This document shows positions 23,841 through 34,652 of a stretch of 64,000 nucleotides of DNA, one piece after another; the first letter of the stretch is position 1; each line of letters opens with the position of its first letter. A program made the position numbers and the translations under genes. The stretch comes from Macrostomum lignano (lineage: Eukaryota): NCBI GenBank assembly GCA_002269645.1, contig NIVC01003054.1, positions 58,561 through 122,560 of the forward strand. Direction: 5' to 3'. The notes below the pieces were generated by a model. The model did no database searches. It had not been told where the DNA came from and worked only from the letters and a program-made list of their open reading frames with translations.

Positions 23841-24757
23841 GGATGATTTCTTTTTGCTTCCTTTGAGTATTTTGTCTGTTTTTTTTTGTGAAGGCCTTTT
23901 TTGGCTATCTTTTTGTTACTTGTAGAGAACAGAGGTTCTATACAGATGTCCCCCAACGGGGGGCGAAGATTGCTAGTTAAGTACTAGTGCTACGAAGCTA
24001 ATAAAATTGATATAATTTTTAGAGTAAACTATATAAATAATAGTTTATTTGAGATAAATGAAGATGTTTCGTTTTAAAGTATGCATAGAACTATTTCAGA
24101 TATATAATAATAGTAGGCTTACAGGCTAGTTATACTATCACGAGATAAAAACAATCCTTTCCTTGACCTTGACCTGCTCGCTCACCTCTGAGGCTCTATA
24201 GGCTCTGTAAAGTCTGTGCTGATCCATTTATTTGATAATAACCTTTCTCAACAGAAAGATTGCACTCTAGGTTTTTTGCTCTTTTGAGTGTTGTTAGGCC
24301 CTAACACGTGAAAATTGTTAGCTATATATGGAGTGCGCTCAGAAATTTTGGCAAGGAAGCAAATTTGCACCTCCTCAATTGTTACCTTAGGCTTAGGAAC
24401 AAAAATTTCAATGTCCAAGGTATGTATAGATATTATTGCGATTTGCATTAAGCCTATCAAAACATACATTTTAGGGGGACCTACCCATATAGAAACTATC
24501 CTTTGCATAGGGCCTAGTAGTCAATTGAATCATTGATTGTGCCACTTTTGAACTATGAGTATTAAGAATGACTGAAATTAAAAGTTGCAATTGTAAACTG
24601 CAGGATAGGCCTAATAGCAATAGGGCTAGGCCTACTAGGCATATATTATATATAGCATTAGGCACTGCTCTCCTCTTTGTTGTTGGACTTATAAACAAAG
24701 TTAATGAATTATACAGAAATTACTAGATTTGTATAAGTTAATGCTTATTGTCATATA

Positions 24758-24951
24758 CAGGGGCATAGGGAGGGGGATAGGGGGGTGTATCCCCCCTGAA
24801 GAGCCTGACCAAAAATTTTTTGTTGCCCTTTGTTGTTATACATGCTACCATGTAACTCTGTCTTAGCACTTTTACCTTGGTATATCCCCTCCCCCCATAG
24901 AAAATTCACCTTGGTGTATCCTCCCATAAGAAATTCCTGGCTATGCCCCTG
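24758..24951. mobile_element. MITE (hAT-like ends)
   Basis: Seen: 11-bp perfect TIR CAGGGGCATAG / CTATGCCCCTG. Flanks GTCATATA (24750-24757) and GTCACATA (24952-24959) form an 8-bp TSD with one mismatch. Confidence 0.65.
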
Positions 24952-25984
24952 GTCACATATATTTGTTATAATCAATACCATTGCATTAGACTAGGGCCTA
25001 AAATAGTCATATAGACCATTATGGCCTAGCCTACCATTAGCCTTATTTATTTTGTTAGCTTGCTACATAACATAATAAATGCTTTTAGCATTCCTAAAAG
25101 AAATCTTAACATTAAAAGTTTATTTTGTCTAGGCTAGTTACTAGTTAGGCTATTAGGCATTAGTATTAATATAAAAGCTAGAAAGTATTAACTTTTTCTT
25201 CCTAATAGTGCCACTAGGCCTAGGCTTACTAGTAATATAGACTATGCCATAGTAACAAGTTGCTATAGAATGTAGGCTAGTATACTCGTATAAGTAAATA
25301 CTACCAGTTTAGCCTTAGGCATATTTATCAATTATTGTTTTATTATGCTCAATATTCAATAAATGTAATGTATATATTATTACCTTAGACTTAGTTATTA
25401 ATCATAGTGTATATATTCCAAATTTTCTACTTTAAAAGTGGATAAAACCAATAATTATTAATAAATGTTAGTTTAAATCTAAATTAGTCACATTTTTCAC
25501 TTCTAAAGCTAGGTCTTTATGATCTAAAATTTGTTATTTACAATTAAGATAAAAACTATAGATAGACCTAGTCTAAATTGCATTGCTTAAGACTAAGATC
25601 CAAGAATCATTTTTAGTCATCAATTTTATGATTTAGGCTTACCCTTGGTTTGCTATAGTTTATAGTTGGCTAATTAGCTAGCAGTTGCATATATATAAAA
25701 TTAACAACTATATTTAGGCCCTAATTCAAAAGCAATCAAATACTTCAAATAACAGAAAGTTAACACATAAAAATAAAAATGATCTCAAATGGTACAAGCC
25801 AAGAGAAAAGATGCTGAAAATTTTTTAAACTTAGATCATCATGTTTTCTATGCATGGAGTTCTATATACTGTATCCAAAATAGAGTCAGACCCTAGATCC
25901 CTAGACCCTAGATTTAGGATAAAAAATAATCAAGGTTCCACCACATTTGTTGAAAATTCTCTCCATTCACAAAAAGACACTGTG

Positions 25985-26735
25985 ATAGACTGGGAGAGAC
26001 TGGGAGAATATGAGACCATGTAAGAGATACAGGCTGGGAGAGACTGTGAGAAACTAACAGACTAAGCGAGAGTGAGAGACTCGAAGAGACTTTGAGAGTG
26101 AAACTGTAAAACATGAGAGACTGAGAGAGGCTGTTAGACACTGTGAGAGACTCGGAGAGACTTTATAGAAACTGTGAGAGGCTGTGAGACACTGAGAGAC
26201 TCGGAGAGACTGAGAGACTTTAGAGAAATTGTGAGAGGCTTTGAGACACTGTGAGAGACTCGGAGAGACTGAGAGACTTAAGAGAAACTGTGAGAGGCTG
26301 TGAGACACTGTGAGAGACTCGGAGAGACTGAGAGACTTTAGAGAAACTGTGAGAGGCTGTGAGACACTGTGAGAGACTCGGAGAGACTGAGAGACTTTAG
26401 AGAAATTGTGAGAGGCTGTGAGACACTGTGAGAGACTCGGAGAGACTGAGAGACTTTAGAGAAACTGTGAGAGGCTGTGAGACACTGTGAGAGACTCGGA
26501 GAGACTGAGAGACTTTAGAGAAACTGTGAGAGGCTGTGAGACACTGTGAGAGACTCGGAGAGACTAGAGAAACTGTGAGAGGCTGTGAGACACCGAGACT
26601 CGGAGAGACTGAGAGACTAGAGAAACTGTGATAGGCTGCGAGACACTGTGAGACACACTGTCAGAGACGGTGAGACTTTGGAGAAACTGTGAGAGACTGT
26701 GAGAGACCAAAGCTGGGAGAGTGTGAGATGCTCTG
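25985..26735. repeat. 59-bp GA-rich minisatellite
   Basis: Seen directly. Confidence 0.85.
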
Positions 26736-26929
26736 AGACACTGTTTAAACAGACGTAGTAAATGAAAATTTAGCCTAAAAAATCCAGATGCTATTTTTAA
26801 AACTCCATGCCCCCCAAGGTGCATGTACTTGTAGAAAGAATTCGTAGTCTATGGCCAAAGAAAACTCAGTTTTTATATTGAGAGTATCAACTTCCATCCT
26901 TACTAGATTAACACGCGTCTAAATTAACA

Positions 26930-29408
26930 ATGAACCAACAGAGAGCATCAAAGACACAATGCACCGATCCAGAACTGATAGCAGCTCTACCTGGTCTCCA
27001 GGTCTCCTCACCTGGTCCCAACCAAATTGTACTATCAGCTCCTGGACCGCATCTTCTAGTACTGTTACAGTCGGCTTCAGCATCCGATCAAGCCAGTGTG
27101 TCGTTTATTCCACTGGCTCAGAATGGAATCACTCCAATTGGTCTCATAGATGATGGAGAAGAGTCGCTTGCACCTACCACTAATACTGATAATGCATTGT
27201 TCAATGTGAGGATTGAGTCCGCGGGCGCGTGGGCGGAGCTGTCGGCTAATAAAACGTCTCTGTTTGTCAACTGGCAGCCGGTGACCGAGGATCGGCCGGC
27301 GCTGCTGCAGCCCGGCGCTTTCATCGCCTGCTCCGGCTGTCTGTACATGTTCAGCTGGGACCAGGCCTTGCCCAGGTGCCAGCGGGCGCTGCTAGGCAAC
27401 CTGTGCCTGCTCAAGTGAGAGCGAGTTTTCCTGCTAATTTTTATTGCGCTTCTGTCAGATGGGTTGGAAATCATTTTTGATCTGAATTAGTTCACTTAAT
27501 CATCGGGCTTTAACGCTTAACTCCTCTATTAACTTGACTCTCAACTCCTCTCTTAACTTGACTCTCAACTCCTCTCTTAACTTGACTCTCAACTCCTCTT
27601 AACTTGACTCTCAACTCCTCTCTTAACTTGACTCTCAACTCCTCTTAACTTGACTCTCAACTCCTCTCTTAACCTTGACTCTTAACTCCTCTTTTAGCTT
27701 TACTCTTAACTTGACTCTCAACTCCTCTTAACTTGACTCTCAACTCCTCTTAACTTGACTCTTAACTCTTCTTAACTTGACTCTCAACTCCTCTTAACTT
27801 GACTCTCAACTTCTCTCTTAACCTTGACTCTTAACTCCTCTCTTAACTTGACTCTCAACTCCTCTCTTAACCTTGACTCTTAACTCCTCTTAACTTGACT
27901 CTCAACTCCTCTTAACTTGACTCTCAACTCCTCTTAACTTGACTCTCAACTCCTCTCTTAACTTGACTCTTAACTCCTCTTTTAGCTTTACTCTTAACTT
28001 GACTCTTAACTCCTCTCTTAACTTGACTCTCAACTCCTCTCTTAACTTGAGTTTTTACTCTTAACTCTTGTCTACAGGGACCAGCCCGACCCCACCAGCC
28101 TGCGCCGAGAGGCTGCCCTCCTGGCCCAGCAGGTCGACCGCCTCTCCAGCGCTGCCGAGCGTCGCAACCACCTCGCCGTTCGAGTCGCCGAAGCTTTTGA
28201 CATTCTGGAAGCGGCACAGGCTAGTCGGCAATGCCGAAATCCGATCCAGAATCTGCCGGCATTGCCTGTCCCGGTTGCTAAGGGGTTGCTATGCGCTTCG
28301 GTTAGCCTGCCCGGCTTGCGAATTGGCTCCGCCCTGGCTGTGCCCAATGCGATGAGGGGCTGCGCGGCCGTCACTGTTGTTCCTGACTGCCGGGTGCGTT
28401 GCTTGGGAGTGTCTAGCTGGCTCTGCTCCCCTCAGTGCCTGAGAATCTGCGTCTCCCTCAGTGCCTGAGAATCTGCCTCTCCCTCAGAGCCTGAGAATCT
28501 GCCTCTCCCTCAGTGCCTGAGAATCTGCCTCTCCCTCAGTGCCTGAGAATCTGCCTCTCCGCTCTCCCTCAGTGCTTGAGAATCTGCCTCTCCGCTCTCC
28601 CTCAGTGCCTGAGAATCTGCCTCTCCGCTCTCCCTCAGTGCCTGAGAATCTGCCTCTCCCTCAGTGCCTGAGAATCTGCCTCTCCGCTCTCCCTCAGTGC
28701 TTGAGAATCTGCCTCTCCGCTCTCCCTCAGTGCCTGAGAATCTGCCTCTCCGCTCTCCCTCAGTGCCTGAGAATCTGCCTCTCCCTCAGAGCCTGAGAAT
28801 CTGCCTCTCCGCTCTCCCTCAGTGCCTGAGAATCTGCCTCTCCCTCAGTGCCTGAGAATCTGCCTCTGCCTCAGTGCCTGAGAATCTGCCTCTCCCTCAG
28901 TGCCTGAGAATCTGCCTCTCCCTCAGTGCCTGAGACTCTGCCTCTCCCTCAGTGCCTGAGAATCTGCCTCTCCCTCAGTGCCTGAGAACCTGATCACACC
29001 CTGCCGTTAATCCCACAGCGCCAGCAGCCCGAAGGCCCCGCAAGCTGCATCCGCCTGTCCGCCGCTCCCCGTCTACGCTACGCAGCCTCAGCTTTCGTGG
29101 AAAATCTTGACAATTTTCAAGCAGACTCAGAAATCGACTTTAGCGACAAGTTAAAAAACAACGCTAATCTAGTAACCATGGCAACCGAGCGTCAACTGGC
29201 TCTGCTAGCCTCCGTTGGTCAACAATTAGCTGATATGCTATCAAAACTAAACGAACCGGTTGCCATGGAGACTGGGTGCAATCTTTGCCAGCAGCTGTTT
29301 GATCCACTGTGCGATCTGGCCAAAGCGCTGCTGGATGGCAGGTCGCTGCTCACTGACGCTGCGGTCCTCACTGTGCCAAATAATGACAGCAGCGAATCCG
29401 CCTGTTGA
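26930..29408 (+). CDS. Uncharacterised protein (~396 aa) with N-terminal FHA-like domain
   Basis: Seen: exons 26930-27414, 28078-28393 and 29019-29408 join in frame (1191 nt) via GTGAGA/CAG and GTGCGT/CAG. The segment ALFNVRIESAGAWAELSANKTSLFVNWQPVTEDRPALLQPGAFIACSGCLYMF resembles the C-terminal half of an FHA fold (inference). Confidence 0.6.
27525..28065. repeat. 23/25-bp minisatellite (TTAACTTGACTCTCAACTCCTCT)n, intronic
   Basis: Seen directly. Confidence 0.9.
28425..28990. repeat. 26/33-bp minisatellite (CCCTCAGTGCCTGAGAATCTGCCTCT)n, intronic
   Basis: Seen directly. Confidence 0.9.
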
Positions 29409-29599
29409 ATTTATGCCAATTTAATAGGAGTTTTTTTCTCAATTTGCATTTGTCTGAAGTTTTTTCTGCTTTTATTTATAGAGAATGAAATGTACGGAAA
29501 AATACTGTTTCAGAGATGTGCCTGTGACTATGTGCTTCTGTTTGCTTTTTTAGTTCGAATTAAAGACACTAATTACACGTTTGGATTGAGGATTCCATT

Positions 29600-30045
29600 C
29601 CCATTCTACAGACATTCCTTAAACCCACTATACTACAGGCACTCCTTAAACCCACTCTACTACAGACAGTCATTATACCCACTCTACTACAGACAGTCCT
29701 TAAACCCACTATACTACAGGCACTCCTTAAACCCACTCTACTACAGACAGTCATTATACCCACTCTACTACAGACAGTCCTTAAACCCACTATACTACAG
29801 GCACTCCTTAAACCCACTCTACTACAGACAGTCATTATACCCACTCTACTACAGACACTCCTTAAACCCACTCTACTACAGACACTCCTTAAACCAACTC
29901 TACTACAGACACTCCTTAAACCAACTCTACTACAGGCAGTCCTTAAACCCACTCTACTACAGACACTCCTTAAACCCACTCTACTACAGGCACTCCTTAA
30001 ACCCACTCTACTACAGGCACTCCTTAAACCCACTCTACTACAGTC
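29600..30045. repeat. 27-bp minisatellite (CCTTAAACCCACTCTACTACAGACACT)n
   Basis: Seen directly. Confidence 0.9.
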
Positions 30046-30120
30046 CTTCAGTAGTCACTGTAGACGGCAAAGCGCAACTGACACCCCAGTTTCAGCACCA
30101 GAGGCTATACACAGACCCAA

Positions 30121-31656
30121 ATGGCAGCAGCGCTAGCAGCCCCAGCCAATCCAATGTCTGTTCAACCAGTGGATGCCGGCGCCTCATCAGCTTTCACTCC
30201 GCTGCACCTGTTCGAGTGCACCATCAGCAACGCTGGCATGCTGGTGGACTCCATGCCTGTCAGAGATCTCGTCACCGCGCTGCGAGTGCTGTCCGGCCTT
30301 CACTCTCGCATTGTTGACGTGATGGAGCCAACAGTTGGGGCCGCCTGCACCATGGCTGAGCATCATAAATCCCATTGCACCACTGTGGAACCCTCAGCTG
30401 AACCGGCCGAACAATCGCCAACAATTAGCGATTGTAAACGGAAGCGGTCGCGTCGGTCAGTGTCGCACGATGGCGGAGGCGGCAACGACAGCGGCTCAGT
30501 TGGTCCAACCATCAAATGTGAATCACTTGGCGCCGGTGGATCTGAAGCTGACGATGATTGCCTGATGGTGATGGAGGAGTCGGCTCCCGGGGCTCCGGTT
30601 GCTGCTGCCAGCTCCGTGCTGGGAGGAGGCGGAGGCGGCAGATTTCAGGACTCCTTCCTGAGCAGTAACAGCTATGCCGCTTCGGCCGCGTGTTCCACGC
30701 CTGAGCTGAGGGTGAGCAAGTGAAGTGTCAGACAGACAGAACAGATGGTCAGGTGGAGAGTCAGACAGACAGAACAGGTGGTCAGGTGGAGAGTCAGACA
30801 GACAGAACAGGTGGTCAGGTGGAGAGTCAGACAGGCAGAACAGGTGGTCAGAATGAGAGTCAGACAGGCAGAACAGGTGGTCAGATGGAGAGTCAGACAG
30901 AAGACTGTTAAATGTATAACTCTACGTTTTCTTTGCTTGTTGAATTTGTTTCCTCAACTTGCTACTGCTGTTAGTAGCAAGTAGTTTGGTTTCTTCCTAA
31001 ATGAATATATATTAGAACGGATAAGTAGACGCAGGGCCTGCGCATCCGCCCCGCACAGTTATTTGTAAATTCAACTATTTCATATCTGGTCTATTATGAA
31101 GTGTACAATAGGCTAAAAAAGCTATTTGAATAATCTAGAATAGATTAGTGAAGCTTTCAGTCTATCTCGCACGATCTTGGCTTGATTTCTCAGGAAGTGG
31201 CTATCGGTAGAATTTTGTGCGTGCACTTTTAAGCATTGCGATTGTGGGTCACAGTTCTCAGTTGCTTCTATGTGAACTGATCTGTATGACATTTTCTTAG
31301 AAACTCAAGTCTCTGTCTCATAAACACTGTTGATTATTCAAAAAACTGTATTTTGTCTTTTAAATCATTTCAAAGGCCGCCTTAAAAGACGGCTACAAGG
31401 AGTTGAAGAGCGCCGGGGCTGAGCTGTTCGACTTCAGTCGGCCGTTTGAGGACCCCTACAATGTCCAGGTGACTCACCGGATCATTGCCTGTGCCCAGGC
31501 CCGGGTGGGCAACCAGGGACTACCTATGGACGTCTGGCGCGGTGAGAGCTCTGCTATAAATTGATAGGTAGATAGATAGGTAGATAGATAGGTAGGTAGG
31601 TAGATAGATTGATAGATCAATTGGTAGATCTACGCAGTCTACTGGTAGATAGATAC

Positions 31657-31746
<90 letters not shown>

Positions 31747-31788
31747 TATAGATAGATATATAGATAGATAGATAGATAGATAGGTAGG

Positions 31789-31844
<56 letters not shown>

Positions 31845-31890
31845 TGATAGATAGGTAGATAGATACTAGATAGATAGGTAGATAGATACC

Positions 31891-31928
<38 letters not shown>

Positions 31929-32136
31929 TTGATTCACCGATTGTCCAGGTGACTCACCGGATCATTGCCTGTGCCCAGGCCCGGGTGGGCAACCAGGGAC
32001 TACCTATGGACGTCTGGCGCGGTGAGAGCTCTGCTATAAATTGATAGGTAGATAGATAGGTAGATAGATAGGTAGGTAGGTAGATAGATTGATAGATCAA
32101 TTGGTAGATCTACGCAGTCTACTGGTAGATAGATAC

Positions 32137-32171
<35 letters not shown>

Positions 32172-32172
32172 G

Positions 32173-32214
<42 letters not shown>

Positions 32215-32216
32215 GG

Positions 32217-32267
<51 letters not shown>

Positions 32268-32402
32268 TTGATAGATAGGTAGATAGATACTAGATAGATA
32301 GATACTAGATAGATAGGTAGATAGATACCAGATAGATAGATAGATAGATAGATAGTTGATAGATAGGTAGATAGATACTAGATAGATAGGTAGATAGATA
32401 CC

Positions 32403-32472
<70 letters not shown>

Positions 32473-32508
32473 GTAGGTAGATAGATATCAGATAGATAGA
32501 TAGATAGG

Positions 32509-32567
<59 letters not shown>

Positions 32568-34388
32568 TTGATAGATAGATAGATAGATAGATAGATACGA
32601 GGGGCGTCCGGAAAGTAGTGTTACTTTTGCTTGGTGTGAACGTATGGACAGTCACACTTGCATGTGCTTGGTGTCATTTGAAAGCGGCAAGTCTCTTCTT
32701 TAAAATGACACCAATTGCAAGAGATTTGAATCTGTGCTTCAAGAGATATGGACGATTAAGTAGAGAAAGGTCAGTCATAGACTTACAGAACCTCGGGGGT
32801 GTCAACAGAAAACTTTTACGAGTTTATCGACTTTTTCGTAATCATGGGCTGTCTATGGCCAAATGTGATGCAGTGAACAAGAAGGGCTGTCTCATAAAAC
32901 TACGAGACTTGTAAAACTGCTTCTGCTGCGCCTGCAAAGTTTATTGACATTCAATTTTCAATTGTGAACTGCAAATGAATGTGCATTCAAAGACTGGGCA
33001 GCGACATGCCATCTTTACACTTTGGAGCTCCGGAACCAAATCGGCTGACATCCACAGGCAACTTTGCACAGCTCATGGCGACCATGCTGTCAGCAAGATG
33101 ACAGTAAGCAGGTGGGTGGGCGAGTTTCAGGCTGGAAGAACTGACGTGAGCGACATGCCAAGGTCCGGACGCTCTGCAATTCGCGACCGCAGCAGCCTGA
33201 CGGATCGCATTCTCGACTTGATTGATGAAGACTGCCGCCAGAGCATTCGCGAAATGGCCAATCGATTGGATTGCCCGAAGTCCACAGTTCACGAGTGCCT
33301 GCAGAAGATGAATCACGTCAATCTGAGTGCCCGTTGGGTACCACGATTGCTCACTGAGGTCATGAAGCTGGATCGCCAGCAGAAATGTGTGAACAACCTG
33401 GAGCTGGTCAATCAACATGGAGGATGGGAAGCCTTTCGAGAGCTGATCGTAACTGGCGACGAGACATGGGTGCCATACTTCGACCCTCCAACGAAGCAGG
33501 AGTCAATGGTTTGGACCGTCAGGGGATCTGATCCACCAACGAAAGCTCGCCGAGACCGGCACAGCAACAAAGTCATGCTGACTCTCTTTTTTGATTGCAA
33601 TGGCCCACTGACCATCGAGTTCCTGGAGCCAAACTCGACCATCAATGCTGATCGGTATGTGACCTCCCTGACAAAACTGAAGTCAGACATCTGCAACAAA
33701 AGACGGGGGAAAGAAAGACCCCATATCCTCCACCACGACAATGCGAGGCCGCATACTGCTGCAAAGACCATGCAAGCAATTGACCAACTGAACTTTGAGT
33801 TGCTTCCTCACCCTCCATATTCTCCTGACCTGGCACCTGCGGACTTCGCCTTGTTTCCTGAGTTAAAGCGACAGCTTCGAGGGCGAGTTCACAACAGTCG
33901 TGATCACTTGGAGAGTGAGGTCAGGAGGATCTTGCTGCACCAGATCCCAAGAAATGTGTATGCAAACGCCATCGACAAGATGCGAGACCGATGGGAGAAG
34001 TGCATCATGTCTCACGTTGAGAAGACTACGTTGAGAAGACAAGTCTACCAACCGATGAATGATTTTAATGTTGTTCGCTTGTGTGATAATTTGCTTGTTA
34101 TCTGTTTCACCTGCTTCTGTTGTACTGTTGTGTTTTTTGTTTTTTTCTGGAGTAATTACGCTCGTGATAAAAGTTTTCTGTTGACATTTTTGAGGTTCTG
34201 TAAGTCTATGACTGACCTTTCTCTACTTAATCGTCCGTATCTCTTGAAGCACAGATCCAGGTCTCTTGCAATTGGTGTCATTTTAAAGAAGAGACTTGCC
34301 GCTTTCAAATGACACCAAGCACATGCAAGTGTGACTGTCCATACGTCCACACTAAGCAAAAGTAACACTACTTTCCGGACGCCCCTCG

Positions 34389-34445
<57 letters not shown>

Positions 34446-34462
34446 TGATTGATAGATAGATT

Positions 34463-34533
<71 letters not shown>

Positions 34534-34539
34534 TGATAT

Positions 34540-34575
<36 letters not shown>

Positions 34576-34596
34576 GTAGATAGATAGGTAGATACA

Positions 34597-34652
<56 letters not shown>

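Larger units (their letters stand above)
20338..23976 (+). mobile_element. Non-autonomous Helitron carrying two internal minisatellite arrays
   Basis: Seen: 5' end A|TCCTATATACTAAAAATGAAATGTGTGT...ACGGCTTAACCGATTTTCTTCAAACTT, resembling invertebrate Helitron 5' ends. The 3' end has a GC hairpin CCCCC-AAC-GGGGG (23950-23962), then 10 nt, then CTAG|T (23973-23977). No TSD and an A|T insertion site, as established for Helitrons. No Rep/Hel ORF. Confidence 0.7.

Noticed and set aside
28425-28990. CRISPR-like array (26-33-bp units with a CTCAG/CTGAG mini-palindrome)
   Set aside because: Units are head-to-tail with no unique spacers, there are no cas genes, and the context is a eukaryotic intron. 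The same applies to 37843-38310.
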